Below are positions 22,478 to 32,999 of a stretch of 64,000 bases of DNA, in pieces. This DNA comes from Acidobacteriaceae bacterium. GTDB taxonomy: Bacteria; Acidobacteriota; Terriglobia; Terriglobales; Acidobacteriaceae. The stretch is from positions 10,870 to 74,869 of the forward strand of contig JBEKWE010000001.1 of the NCBI GenBank assembly GCA_049513335.1, read 5' to 3'. Under the pieces are notes generated by a model that had not been told where the DNA came from, ran no database searches, and saw nothing but the letters and a program-made list of their open reading frames with translations. Numbering within the stretch: the stretch's first letter is position 1; each line of letters opens with the position of its first letter. Made by a program: the position numbers and the translations under genes.

Positions 22478-23239
22478 ATGAACTACTTCAACTACTTCAC
22501 CGAGATTGAAGAGCGCTTCCAGCAACGCCGAGGGGCGCTGCTCATGCTCTCCACACTCGACTGGGCGCTCATCGAAACCTGGCGCGAGGCTGGTGTTCCG
22601 CTCGAAGCCGTTCTGCGCGGCATCGATGCGGCCTTCGACAAGCACGACGCCCAATCCCTACGCCGCATCCGTCGCCCGCGCAAGGTCAACGGCCTCGCTT
22701 GGTGTGCACAAGCTGTCCTCGAAGCCGTCGAGCAATCCCGTGAAGCCGCCATCGGCGCCGCATCCCCCGCAGCCGAGCCCTGCGAATCCGGCTTCGATGC
22801 CGTCCGCATTGCGCGCTACCTCCAACAAAACGCCGACCTCCTTACAGCCGCCGCCGCCAATCTCGCCACCCCTGCCGACACCGCCGCCACCCAAGCTGCC
22901 ACCCGCCTCCGCGAACTCGCCAACCTCAATGAAACGGCCTCGTCCATAGAACCTCGCACTTCGAACATCGAACCTCGAACCTTGAACCTCGAAGAACTCG
23001 ACCGCACTCTTACCGTCCTCGAAGAAAAACTCTTCGCCGCGCTCCTCACCTCGACACCAGAGGCCCAGCTTGTTGCGCTGCGCGAACAGGCCGCGCGCGA
23101 ACTTGCCCCCTACCGAGGCAAGATGCAGGCCGTCCAGATCAAGCAAGTCCAGCAGCAGTTCCTCCAGAAGCGCCTGCTCGAAGCCCACTCGCTCCCGCGC
23201 CTCAGCCTCTTCTACATGTCCCACGAAGACCAGGTCTGA
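22478..23239 (+). CDS. conserved hypothetical protein with in-frame heptamer array
   Basis: MNYFNYFTEIEE...LPRLSLFY with host codon usage; contains IEPRTSNIEPRTLNLE. Confidence 0.75.
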   Translation: MNYFNYFTEIEERFQQRRGALLMLSTLDWALIETWREAGVPLEAVLRGIDAAFDKHDAQSLRRIRRPRKVNGLAWCAQAVLEAVEQSREAAIGAASPAAEPCESGFDAVRIARYLQQNADLLTAAAANLATPADTAATQAATRLRELANLNETASSIEPRTSNIEPRTLNLEELDRTLTVLEEKLFAALLTSTPEAQLVALREQAARELAPYRGKMQAVQIKQVQQQFLQKRLLEAHSLPRLSLFYMSHEDQV

Positions 23240-23242
23240 TCG

Positions 23243-24550
23243 ATGCTGCCCGCACTCAATTCCGCAGCCATGCAAGCGCAAGACCGCGCCGATCCTCCTT
23301 GTCCGCACTTCGGTTCATGCGGCGGCTGCCAGCTTCAGCACCTCACCTACGCGACCCAACTCAGCGATAAAGCCGCTCAACTCCGCGCACTGCTCGAAGC
23401 AACCGGCCTCAAGCTGCCCGAGCTTCAACTCCACCGATCCCCGCCGTTGGTCTACCGCAATCGCATCCGCCTCACCCTCGCCGAGGTCGATGGTCAGCTC
23501 TGCGCAGGCTACATTCGCAGCTTGGCCAGCCACGGAGACAGCAACTCAACCACGCGCCTTGGACATACCGAATGGTATGTATTCCCAGAGGCGGGTCTTG
23601 GAGTCGAGGAAGGTCTCGAGCCGGTATCAATACCGAACGGTATCTCCTTTCTTCCCATCCGCGAGTGCCCCATCGCCGCACTCATCCTATGGCGAGCCAC
23701 CGAAGCACTTCTCGCGCTGCTCAATCAATCCCCCAGCACCTGGCTCCGCAACTCCCACCATCGGTTGGACCAACTCGAACTCTTCACCACGGCTGACGAG
23801 TCGCGCCTTCAACTCACGCTCTACCTGCGCACGGCCGCGAAGACACTCCCGGCAAAGCTCATCACCGCTTTCACCGCTCTCTGCGAAGCCCTCCGCATCG
23901 GCGTCCCCGAACTCTCAGGCGCAGGAATCGCTCTTCTCCCCGCACTCTCCAAACAGCGCAGCCGCCGCGCCGAACAACCACGTCCCGGTCCATCCTGGGG
24001 CAGCCCCGGACTTATCTATCGTGTAGCCGAAACCGACTACTGGGTGCCGCGCGGGGCCTTCTTTCAGGTCAACCGTTTTCTCCTCCCCGAACTCCTTGCG
24101 CCAGTCACGGCAAATCGAACCGGCCAACTAGCCTTCGACCTCTATGCAGGCGTCGGCCTCTTCTCACGTCCGCTCGCCGCCCACTTCACCCAGGTCACCG
24201 CCGTCGAGATCGCCGAGTCCGCCATCAGCGCTCTCGCCGCAACCAAACTCACAAACCTCCGCGCCGTCAAAGCCACCACGCTCGACTTCCTCCGCACCGC
24301 CGTCATCGAGCGCGAGCGTCCCGACCTCGTTGTCCTCGATCCACCTCGTTCTGGAGCAGGCCCTGAGGTCTGCGCGCTGCTTGCGCGCATCAGTGCGCAC
24401 ACGCTGGTCTATGTCTCCTGCTCGCCCGAGACCCTGCCCACCGATCTCAAAACTCTCGCCGCCTCGGGCTACACCCTCGCCAAGCTGCACCTCTTCGACC
24501 TCTTTCCCCAGACCACACACATTGAAACCGTCGCTGTCCTCACCCGTTAA
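23243..24550 (+). CDS. RlmD/TrmA-family RNA (uracil-5)-methyltransferase, no TRAM domain
   Basis: CPHFGSCGGCQLQH Fe-S motif, FFQVN, DLYAGVGLF, LDPPRSG, YVSC, DLFPQTTHIE. Confidence 0.92.
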   Translation: MLPALNSAAMQAQDRADPPCPHFGSCGGCQLQHLTYATQLSDKAAQLRALLEATGLKLPELQLHRSPPLVYRNRIRLTLAEVDGQLCAGYIRSLASHGDSNSTTRLGHTEWYVFPEAGLGVEEGLEPVSIPNGISFLPIRECPIAALILWRATEALLALLNQSPSTWLRNSHHRLDQLELFTTADESRLQLTLYLRTAAKTLPAKLITAFTALCEALRIGVPELSGAGIALLPALSKQRSRRAEQPRPGPSWGSPGLIYRVAETDYWVPRGAFFQVNRFLLPELLAPVTANRTGQLAFDLYAGVGLFSRPLAAHFTQVTAVEIAESAISALAATKLTNLRAVKATTLDFLRTAVIERERPDLVVLDPPRSGAGPEVCALLARISAHTLVYVSCSPETLPTDLKTLAASGYTLAKLHLFDLFPQTTHIETVAVLTR

Positions 24551-24609
24551 AAAATTTGCGCACTCCTCGCGCCGATGTGACACAGTTGTGAGGAAAGACA
24601 GGTGACCTG

Positions 24610-27468
24610 TTGCGGCAATTCTCTGGCGGTTCCACGTTCGGTTCCAGACCCGAAACAGAAGGCGAGTTTGAGCGCCGCCTCTGGCCCCAGTTCCCGCGCG
24701 TCGAACCCCTCCGCCTGCGCCGCGCCCCGCTGCTTGCAGCCGCCCTCTGCTTCGCCCTCGGCGAGTCCCTCGGCAAAATCCCGCCGCCAACCACGCGACC
24801 CACAATTCTTCTCCTGCTGGCCGCAATCGCACTCGTTACGCTCACCCTCCTCGCCCTACGCCGAAGCCTCCGCCTCGCCATTTTCCCCATTGCCGCTCTG
24901 TGGATCGCCGCCGGCCTGTGGGCCGCGCAGATACAGCCCGCTCCATCGCCGCAGACCGCGCTGCTCGCCTACGCCGACGGCCTCAGCCGCACCGTCCAAG
25001 GCCGCATCGTCCGCATCCGAACCTTGCCCAGCCACGCCAACAACTCCGGCAGCCCAGACAATCCCGACGGCGGCTTCGATCCCGACCAGTGGGACGAGAC
25101 CGGCACACCCACCACATCCCTCGACCTCGACCTCACCGCCATCGAAGACGTCGCGCCTGACACCTCCCGCATGGTCCCCATCACCGGCGGCGTCCGCGTC
25201 ACACTCCTCACAACCAACGCTCCTCAGCCCCAAGCCCAACCCCGACCACAAACGCAGCCCCAGTTCCACTGCGGAGACCCCATCGAAGCCACTCTTCGCC
25301 TCCGTGCGCCCGAGCGTTACCGCGACCCCGGAGCATGGCAGTTAGCAGACTTTCTCCTCGACCAGGGAATCGCAGCCACCGCTAATGTCCCCTTGGCAAA
25401 ACTCCATCCCTTGGCCAACGTCTTGCCCGGTGCTGCATCCGCAACCCTGCATTGCCGCATCTTCGCCGCGCAGAGCTGGGCTGCCGCCCGTCTTCTCGCC
25501 TACACCCGCTCCACTGCAAACCGACGCCTTCCGCCGCGGCTCCGCCTCACCCCAGACGACGCCGGAATGCTAAACGCCATGCTCTTCGGCGATCGCTCCC
25601 GCCTCACCCGCCAGTTGCGCCTCGGCTTCGAGCGCACTGGCTCCTTCCACCTCTTCGTCGTCTCCGGAATGCACGTCGCTCTGCTCGCGGGCCTCGTCTT
25701 CTGGATCGCCCGCCGCCTGCACCTGCGCAACTGGCTTGCAACCCTACTCACCCTCGTCCTTACCTACGCCTATGCACTGCTCACAGGCTTCGGAGTGCCC
25801 GTGCAACGCGCCCTCCTGATGACTGCCGTCTTTCTCCTCGCACGCCTTCTCTCTCGCCAGCGCAACCCCCTCAACGCCCTCGGCGCAGCCGCACTCGCTG
25901 TCCTCATCTGGTCTCCGCGCGCGCTGTTTGAGGCCAGCTTCCAGATGACCTTCCTCGCCATCGTCGCCATCGCGGGCATCGCCATGCCGCTGGGCGAGCG
26001 CAGTTTCCTACCCTACGCTCGCGCCGCGCGCAATCTTCGCCACATCTGGCGCGACAGCGCGATCCCACCGCGCTTCGCGCAGTTGCGGGTCTCGCTCCGC
26101 ATGTGGGGCGAACCACTTGCCGGCATCCTCGGCAAGTGGGCCTATCTACTCCCAGCAAAAATTGTGATTACAGTCCTCTGGGCCGCTCAACTCGTGTTGA
26201 TCGGCCTCATCGCCGAAGCCGTCATGGTGCTTCCCATGGCCATGTACTTCCATCGCGCCACCGTCTTCGCGCTGCCCGCCAACATGATCTGTATTCCCCT
26301 GATTGCACTCCTCGCCTCGCTTGGCCTCGCAACCTTTCTCGCATCTCTGATCAGTCCCTGGCTCGCCGCTCTGCCCGGCTCCGCGCTGGCGTTCCTGCTG
26401 CACGGGGTCACCGGCGCCATCCACCGCATCAGCCACGCGCAGGCCGCCGACCTCCGCGTCCCCGGCCCCACGCTGCCGCACGCTCTGCTCGCCGTCGCCT
26501 GCTTCGCCTTCGGCTGCTGGGCAGTGCGCCGGTCACGTGCAACCGCATGGGCAGCCGTCGCAGTTCTGCCTCTCGCCGCTGCAATCGTCCTCTGGCCCGT
26601 GCTGCCCGTCGTCCATCCCAACCAGCTCGAAGTCACCGCCATCGATGTCGGCCAGGGCGACTCGCTGCTGGTCGTCGGCCCCTCTGGCCGAGCCATGCTC
26701 ATCGACGCGGGCGGGCCCACCGGGGCTGCCGCTAACGCCGAAAACGCAGTCCTGACCTCCTCCACCTTCGACATCGGCGAAGAGGTCGTCTCGCCTTACC
26801 TCTGGTCGCGCCAGTTCCGCCGTCTCGACGTCGTCGCCCTCACCCACGCCCACTCCGACCACATGGGAGGAATGCCCGCCGTCCTGCGCAACTTCCGTCC
26901 CCGCGAACTCTGGGTCGCCGTCGATCCCAACTCAGCAACCTACCGCGCGCTGCTCGCCGAGGCCACCACCCTCGGCATTCGCGTGCGTCACCTCCGCGCC
27001 GGCGACACGCTCGCCTTCGATTCCATCGCCATCCGCGTCCTCGCGCCCACGCCCGACTACACCAACCCCGGCCCGCCCATCAACAACGACTCGCTCGTGA
27101 TGCGCCTAACCTTTGGCCACTCCTCCGCCCTGCTCGAAGGCGACGCCGAGGCCCCTAGCGAGCATCAAATGGTCGCCGCCGCGCTCACCAACCCCGCTGC
27201 CTCGCTCGGCCCAGACACACTGCTCAAGGTCGGCCACCACGGCAGCCGAACCTCCACCACCCCCGAGTTCCTCGCCCTCGTCGCCCCGCAGGACGCCGTC
27301 ATCTCCGTCGGCCTCCACAACACCTTCGGCCATCCCAGTCCAGAGGTCATTCAGCGCCTCCACGACGCCCAAGCCCTCGTCTTCCGCACAGACCAGTTCG
27401 GCATCACCACCTTCCTCCTCTCCCGCGACGGCCAAATCTCCGCCCTCACCCCCGCCTCCTACCCATAG
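24610..27468 (+). CDS. comEC: ComEC/Rec2 competence protein with MBL domain
   Basis: HLFVVSGMHV, SFQMTF, DVGQGDS, THAHSDHMGG, LKVGHHGS, NTFGHP. Confidence 0.92.
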   Translation: MRQFSGGSTFGSRPETEGEFERRLWPQFPRVEPLRLRRAPLLAAALCFALGESLGKIPPPTTRPTILLLLAAIALVTLTLLALRRSLRLAIFPIAALWIAAGLWAAQIQPAPSPQTALLAYADGLSRTVQGRIVRIRTLPSHANNSGSPDNPDGGFDPDQWDETGTPTTSLDLDLTAIEDVAPDTSRMVPITGGVRVTLLTTNAPQPQAQPRPQTQPQFHCGDPIEATLRLRAPERYRDPGAWQLADFLLDQGIAATANVPLAKLHPLANVLPGAASATLHCRIFAAQSWAAARLLAYTRSTANRRLPPRLRLTPDDAGMLNAMLFGDRSRLTRQLRLGFERTGSFHLFVVSGMHVALLAGLVFWIARRLHLRNWLATLLTLVLTYAYALLTGFGVPVQRALLMTAVFLLARLLSRQRNPLNALGAAALAVLIWSPRALFEASFQMTFLAIVAIAGIAMPLGERSFLPYARAARNLRHIWRDSAIPPRFAQLRVSLRMWGEPLAGILGKWAYLLPAKIVITVLWAAQLVLIGLIAEAVMVLPMAMYFHRATVFALPANMICIPLIALLASLGLATFLASLISPWLAALPGSALAFLLHGVTGAIHRISHAQAADLRVPGPTLPHALLAVACFAFGCWAVRRSRATAWAAVAVLPLAAAIVLWPVLPVVHPNQLEVTAIDVGQGDSLLVVGPSGRAMLIDAGGPTGAAANAENAVLTSSTFDIGEEVVSPYLWSRQFRRLDVVALTHAHSDHMGGMPAVLRNFRPRELWVAVDPNSATYRALLAEATTLGIRVRHLRAGDTLAFDSIAIRVLAPTPDYTNPGPPINNDSLVMRLTFGHSSALLEGDAEAPSEHQMVAAALTNPAASLGPDTLLKVGHHGSRTSTTPEFLALVAPQDAVISVGLHNTFGHPSPEVIQRLHDAQALVFRTDQFGITTFLLSRDGQISALTPASYP

Positions 27469-27479
27469 ATACAGCCTGA

Positions 27480-27899
27480 TCAAAGTCGGTCAAGAGTCAA
27501 TGAATCGAATTTTCCGCCATAGTATTTATCGATTGCCTCGATGAAGATTGAATTCGCGGTCGCCGCATGGGAAAACAGGGTCATCGAGGATTTAAATTTC
27601 AAGTCGTCGGGACTGCCGAAGATCTCCCTTGAGCTCCGTCCTTCGATTAAGGTCACAATCCGGCTGCATTCGATGAGCCGCTCACCCAGGAGGGGATGTT
27701 CCAGATACGATTTGGCCTCAGCGAGGGATGTAATTCCGTAATACTCTGCCATCGAACTGAATCCCAATCCCTTGAGTTGAGGGAAGATGAACCACATCCA
27801 GTGGCCGGTCTTCCTTCCCCGGCGCAGTTCTGCACAAGCCCCCTCCAACACGCCCGCCTGCGCCTCGACAAATCGTTGCAGATTGTAGACATCCTTCAT
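27480..27899 (-). CDS. DUF1810 family protein
   Basis: LQRFVEAQ, GRKTGHWMWFIFPQ, IFGSPDDLKFKSSMTLF; lower GC. Confidence 0.9.
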   Translation of the reverse strand: MKDVYNLQRFVEAQAGVLEGACAELRRGRKTGHWMWFIFPQLKGLGFSSMAEYYGITSLAEAKSYLEHPLLGERLIECSRIVTLIEGRSSREIFGSPDDLKFKSSMTLFSHAATANSIFIEAIDKYYGGKFDSLTLDRL

Positions 27900-28029
27900 G
27901 GCTCATTCCAGCTTTCTACTTTAGTTTGCGAGATCGGCAGAATCTACCGCGTCGGTCTTCGATTCGCGTTTCTCTATTCCGATCCACAATCCATCTCTTC
28001 CCCATTGGTGTACGTTAGCCACAGAGCCT

Positions 28030-29496
28030 ATGTCCATTCCCCTCACCCCCCGCGAACGCATCACCCTCGGTCAGGCCCAGCGCAAGCACATGCGCCGCGC
28101 CGATCTCGCCGTCTGGCAGCCCAAACTCCGCCGCGCCGACCCGCTCCAGCTCATCGCCGCGTCGATGCTCGACCGCATCCCCGCGCTCGTCCCCATCAAA
28201 TACGACCGCATGGCCGCCTCGCCCTTCGGCTTCTTTCGCGGCGCAGTGCCCGTCATGGCCTGCGACCTCTCGCTCGGCCCCAACACCAGCATCCTCACCC
28301 AGCTCTGTGGCGACGCACACATCCGCAACCTCGGAGCCTTCGCCGCCCCCGACGGCCGCCTCGTCTTCGACATCAACGACTTCGACGAGACCATCCGCGG
28401 CCCCTTCGAGTGGGACGTCAAACGCATGGCCGCCAGTCTCATCCTCGCCGGACGCGAGGCAGGCGCGAAGAGCGGCCTCTGCCGCGATGCGACGCGGGCC
28501 TTCCTCAAGAGCTATCGCACCGCAATGCATACCTTCGCGCAGATGCCTGTGCTGGAGCTCGCTCATTATCAGGTCCACCGCCTGCACTCGGTCGAACCCG
28601 TCTCGCAGCTCCTGCGCCTCGCCGAGCGTGCCACGCCGTTGCACAACCTCGAAGCTCTCACCCTCGAAGTACGCAACGGTTCGCACCTGCGTATCTTCAA
28701 GACCATCGACCCCGTCCTCACCCGTGTCCACGGCGACTTGGCCCGCGCGGTCCTCGACTCGCTTACCACCTACGCCGAAACCCTCCAGCCTGAGCGCCGG
28801 CATTTCCTCGCGCAGTACACCCCGCTCGATGTGGCGTTCAAGATCGTTGGCACCGGTTCCGTCGGCCTGCGCGACTACTGCGTCTACATGCAGGGCAATG
28901 GCCCTAAGGATCCGCTCTTCCTGCAAGTCAAAGAAGAGACACTCTCCGCTTACGCGCCGTATCTCGGCCAGGCGACCGCCGACTCGAACCAGGGTCGTCG
29001 CGTCGTCGAGGGCCAGCGCGCCATGCAGTTCCAGTCCGACCCATTCCTCGGCTTCACCACCATCCAGGGCCGCGCTTTCCTCGTCCGCCAGCTCAACGAC
29101 CACAAGGCCGCCGTCGAGATGAGCGAACTGAAGTCCGCCGGACTGCTCGAATACGCCGCCGTCTGCGGGGAGACGCTCGCCCGCGGACATGCCCGCTCCG
29201 GCGACCCCGGTATGATCGCCGGCTACATCGGCGCCTCCGCCCGCTTCGACTCAGCCATCGCCAACTTCGCCGCCGCCTACGCCAACCAGACCGAGCGCGA
29301 CTGGCAGACCCTCCTCCGCTCCCGTCGCATCGCAAGGCCCATCCTCAAGTTCAGACCACAGCCCGCCTCCGCGAAGCATCCCACCGCCAAGCCCGGCGTC
29401 GTCTCCTCGCTTGCCGCCAAATCACACAAGCCAACCGCCAAATCCTCGCACCCTCGCGAGAAAAGGCCGCGGAAGGCAAAGCGCGCCGCCTCGTAA
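28030..29496 (+). CDS. DUF2252 family kinase-like protein
   Basis: RMAASPFGFFRG, CGDAH, FDINDFDE, GTGSVG, LARGHARSGD; basic C-terminal tail. Confidence 0.9.
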   Translation: MSIPLTPRERITLGQAQRKHMRRADLAVWQPKLRRADPLQLIAASMLDRIPALVPIKYDRMAASPFGFFRGAVPVMACDLSLGPNTSILTQLCGDAHIRNLGAFAAPDGRLVFDINDFDETIRGPFEWDVKRMAASLILAGREAGAKSGLCRDATRAFLKSYRTAMHTFAQMPVLELAHYQVHRLHSVEPVSQLLRLAERATPLHNLEALTLEVRNGSHLRIFKTIDPVLTRVHGDLARAVLDSLTTYAETLQPERRHFLAQYTPLDVAFKIVGTGSVGLRDYCVYMQGNGPKDPLFLQVKEETLSAYAPYLGQATADSNQGRRVVEGQRAMQFQSDPFLGFTTIQGRAFLVRQLNDHKAAVEMSELKSAGLLEYAAVCGETLARGHARSGDPGMIAGYIGASARFDSAIANFAAAYANQTERDWQTLLRSRRIARPILKFRPQPASAKHPTAKPGVVSSLAAKSHKPTAKSSHPREKRPRKAKRAAS

Positions 29497-29649
29497 GCGA
29501 CTCTTCGCCTCCCAACGTCTCAGTGCAGCCCTCGTTGCCTTAGAATATCTCTCTTGTAGGTGTTCGCCGAGGACGAACGACTCGCGTTGTTCTTCCCCAG
29601 AAAACGGCATTCGTGGAACTCTTCCGGGCATAAGAACAGGAGACATTCT

Positions 29650-32283
29650 CTAGTCCCCTGGCAATCCTGTAGCGCTCTTCTTCCCTGCGTGCGCATCCAG
29701 CCACTGCCGCAGTTCCGGCTCGTGCACCGCCCGCAGGTGGATGCAGTCGTTGATGCTGTCGATCGACTTCGCCAGCGTCCGCTGGGTTGACGCGACCGGA
29801 TGCGCCGCAAAAAAGCCTGCCACCTCATCCCTCCTCTCGACCGTGCAGAACGCGGCCGCCGCCGCGACGATGCGCGCGCCCGAGCTCTCCGTCTGCCTGC
29901 GCGCGATCTCCGCCCAGTGCTGCTGGACGAAGGCCCAGGCCTGGTCCTGCGTCTCGCGTCGCTCCAGCAGCCGCGCAATCAGCGTCCAACTGTCCTGACT
30001 GCGCACCTTGTCCGACAGCGCGTACTCCAGCGTCCGCGCCACCAGCTCCGGCGACTGGAAGCGCGTCAGCGTATGCAGCGCGTCCTGCTTCAGGTCGGGA
30101 TCGGTTGCCGTCTGCGCCACGCGCAACATCTTCTCGTACATTGCCGCATCGCCCTTCGCCGCCACCATCGCGACAGTCGCATCCGCCGGCTTCTGCCCGG
30201 CGAACAGATCCTTCGTCTGGTTCGCCGCCTCCGCCAGCACCGCCGGATCGCCCGCCCGCCCCAACGCCTCAAACAGCGTCTCGCGCAGCTCCGCGCGATC
30301 CTCCGGTTCATGCCTGCCGCCCTTGCCCAGCCCTGCATACACCCCGCCGAACTCCCGCCGGACCACCCCATCCAGCCGTTTGCGGTCGTCGTCCGTCGCA
30401 ATCTGTGTCCCAATCGCACCAATTTTTCCCAGAGCGCTCTCCAGAACCGCTGCGTTCGGGTCCTGCTTCACCGCCAGGGCCAGATCCAGAATTTCGCCCA
30501 CCGACCCCTCGCCCGCCCGCATCAGCGCCCAGCGATCGCCCAACAGCCCAATCCGCTCCGGCGGTGTCAGCGTAGTCTCCGCATTCGCGACGATAGCTTT
30601 AAGCTGTCCCGGCGAATAATCTGTCCGGTAGTACCCCTTGTCTCCCGCGTCTGCATACACAAATTGCAATTCCGGCGATACCATTCCCAACGGCACCGGG
30701 ACCGGCAGATCCAGCGTCGTCGCACCCGGAGTCAGCAGCCGGCACGACGCAGCCTTGAAGCACAGCGGAACCGTCCACGCCTCTTTCGTGTTGGGAGCAG
30801 CCGCAGAGAGAAAAAATCTGCGTTGAGTCACGGGCGCGCCCGCGCCTCCGCTCGTCAGCGTCACCAGCGGGACTCCCGGCTGTTCCACAAAGCCGCGCAT
30901 CACCTTGTCCACCGGCAGCCCACTCACCCGCGCCTGCGCGTTCCAGAAGTCCTCCGCCGTCGCATTCCCGTACAAGTGCGCCGCCAGATACGCCTGCACC
31001 CCCTTGCGAAACGTCTCTTCGCCGACCCAGTTCTCCACCATTCCGATCACCGCGCCCGCCTTGCCATACGCAATCACATCGAAGCTCTCGTTGATCTCGT
31101 CCGGCGTCTCCGCCCGCGCGCGGATGGGGCGAGTCGTACGGCCCGCATCGGCGTCCATGGTGCGTTCCTTGTCCAACGCCGCGTCCTCGTCGAACCTCCA
31201 CTTCGGATGCTCCTTCGCCGCCTCCTTGGTCTCCATCCACGTCGCAAATCCCTCGTTCAGCCACAGGTTGTCCCACCACACCGGCGTCACCAGGTCCCCG
31301 AACCATTGATGCGCCATCTCGTGCGCCACCGTCTCGGCGACCTCCTTCTTCGCAGCGAGCGCCCCGTCTTTCTTCGCCACCAGCAGCTCCGTCTCGCGGA
31401 ATGTGATGCACCCGAAGTTCTCCATTGCGCCCGCCTCGAAGTCGGGAACCGCTACCAGGTCCAGCTTCGCCAGCGGATATTTAATGCCGAAGTACCGGTC
31501 GTAGTCGCGCAGCGTCTGCTTCGCTGAATCCAGTGCAAAGCGTGTCAACTTCACCTTGTCCGGCGTCGCGCACGCACGGACCGGCACTCCATCCGCCTTG
31601 CCCGCGCTGCACTTGAAGTCCCCCACCAGCCACGCCACCAGATAGGTCGACATCCGCGGCGTCGTTGCAAACGCCACCGTATGCTTCCCCGCCACCGGGC
31701 CCGGCTGGTCAGAGACAATCTTCGTATTCGAGATCGCCGTGTCGCCCGCATCCATCACCAGCGCCACGTCGAAGGCCGCCTTCAACGCCGGCTCGTCGAA
31801 GCAGGGAAATGCCCGCCGAGCGTCCGTCGCCTCAAACTGCGTCACGCCATACCGCCGCAGCTTCGTCTTGGATAGATAGAACCCGCGCAGCTTGTCGTTC
31901 AGAATCCCCCTGTACTCGATCATCAGCAGCACTCGCCCCGCCGGCAGCTCTCGCGCAAAGGTAAAAGTCGCCTGCTCCTTTGCCGCATCCAGTGTCACCA
32001 CAGCGGTCTGGAACTGGGGCGTAAAATCACCCACCATCGCCTTCACCGACTCAAACTCGATCTCCGCCGCATTCAGCGTTATGGCCGTCGCCGGCGAATC
32101 CAGCAGCACGTCGATCGTCTCGCTTCCGGCAAACGTCGCCGATTTCAGGTCCGGCGTAATCACCAACGAGTAATGCTCCGGCCGAACCCCACCCGGCAGC
32201 CGCTGCGCCTCGACCCGTACCGCCGCAACTACACCCAACCCCATCACCAAGCCCGCAACCGCCAACCCCCGCCAAATCTTCAT
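29650..32283 (-). CDS. M1 family aminopeptidase (puromycin-sensitive/ERAP1-like), secreted
   Basis: TQFEATDARRAFPCFDEP, GAMEN, HEMAH, WLNEGFA, YGKAG; signal peptide from ATG 32283. Confidence 0.95.
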   Translation of the reverse strand: MKIWRGLAVAGLVMGLGVVAAVRVEAQRLPGGVRPEHYSLVITPDLKSATFAGSETIDVLLDSPATAITLNAAEIEFESVKAMVGDFTPQFQTAVVTLDAAKEQATFTFARELPAGRVLLMIEYRGILNDKLRGFYLSKTKLRRYGVTQFEATDARRAFPCFDEPALKAAFDVALVMDAGDTAISNTKIVSDQPGPVAGKHTVAFATTPRMSTYLVAWLVGDFKCSAGKADGVPVRACATPDKVKLTRFALDSAKQTLRDYDRYFGIKYPLAKLDLVAVPDFEAGAMENFGCITFRETELLVAKKDGALAAKKEVAETVAHEMAHQWFGDLVTPVWWDNLWLNEGFATWMETKEAAKEHPKWRFDEDAALDKERTMDADAGRTTRPIRARAETPDEINESFDVIAYGKAGAVIGMVENWVGEETFRKGVQAYLAAHLYGNATAEDFWNAQARVSGLPVDKVMRGFVEQPGVPLVTLTSGGAGAPVTQRRFFLSAAAPNTKEAWTVPLCFKAASCRLLTPGATTLDLPVPVPLGMVSPELQFVYADAGDKGYYRTDYSPGQLKAIVANAETTLTPPERIGLLGDRWALMRAGEGSVGEILDLALAVKQDPNAAVLESALGKIGAIGTQIATDDDRKRLDGVVRREFGGVYAGLGKGGRHEPEDRAELRETLFEALGRAGDPAVLAEAANQTKDLFAGQKPADATVAMVAAKGDAAMYEKMLRVAQTATDPDLKQDALHTLTRFQSPELVARTLEYALSDKVRSQDSWTLIARLLERRETQDQAWAFVQQHWAEIARRQTESSGARIVAAAAAFCTVERRDEVAGFFAAHPVASTQRTLAKSIDSINDCIHLRAVHEPELRQWLDAHAGKKSATGLPGD

Positions 32284-32390
32284 CTCGCGCCAATCCCCCC
32301 AAGCAACTCCCACTAGACTAAATCCCCGGCCACAGACCGCGGACCCCATCGGGCATATACTGCCCATGAGAGGCACAAGCCATTCGCCCT

Positions 32391-32888
32391 ATGAACCAAG
32401 CCATTACAGCCTTGCTCGGCGCGGTCACAGGCTTCTTCCTGCCCTTGATCGCCTCCTATGTCCGGTCCAGGACGAAGGGCAGCCGATTTGAAAACGCAGT
32501 ACGCGCGGAGATCGACGAAGCGAAAGACAGCGTCCATCAAAAGTTGCTCTGGCTCTCAAGAGACCAGACGCAATACCGGATCAAGATCGAAGAGCGACTG
32601 CTCGTCGAGTTCGAGGGCAAGCTCCTCTACCTCGGCGAACCGGAAGATTTTTCTCTCGCGCTGCCCTTCTGGGACCACAACCTGCGCGATGTCATCGAGG
32701 CCACACCAACCAAAGCGTTCAATCGAATGTGCCGCGAGGTCTCGCTGCTCCGGAAGTTCGAGTCCAAATTCCACGAGATGAAGCTTGCCTTTCAAATCGG
32801 CGGAGGAGATCCCAAGCAGATGGCCCTGGCCTGCTATCGAGACCTCATCGAGATTCACGATTCCCTCATGGCAGCCTCCTTGCCATAA
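32391..32888 (+). CDS. hypothetical protein with N-terminal TM helix
   Basis: ORF fills the intergenic space; hydrophobic N-terminus. Confidence 0.6.
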   Translation: MNQAITALLGAVTGFFLPLIASYVRSRTKGSRFENAVRAEIDEAKDSVHQKLLWLSRDQTQYRIKIEERLLVEFEGKLLYLGEPEDFSLALPFWDHNLRDVIEATPTKAFNRMCREVSLLRKFESKFHEMKLAFQIGGGDPKQMALACYRDLIEIHDSLMAASLP

Positions 32889-32999
32889 GCGGCAACCGGG
32901 CAGGTTGCATGACTTCCTCACCGTTGCGTCTTCCCACTACTTCTTTCGTGTCATAGTCTTCCGCCAAATCTCCTGCTACCGTACCCACAGGAGAATCCA

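Noticed and set aside
25221-25263. PQPQAQPRPQTQPQ stretch in comEC as a mobile repeat
   Set aside because: Simple low-complexity linker with no match to the REP or heptamer families.
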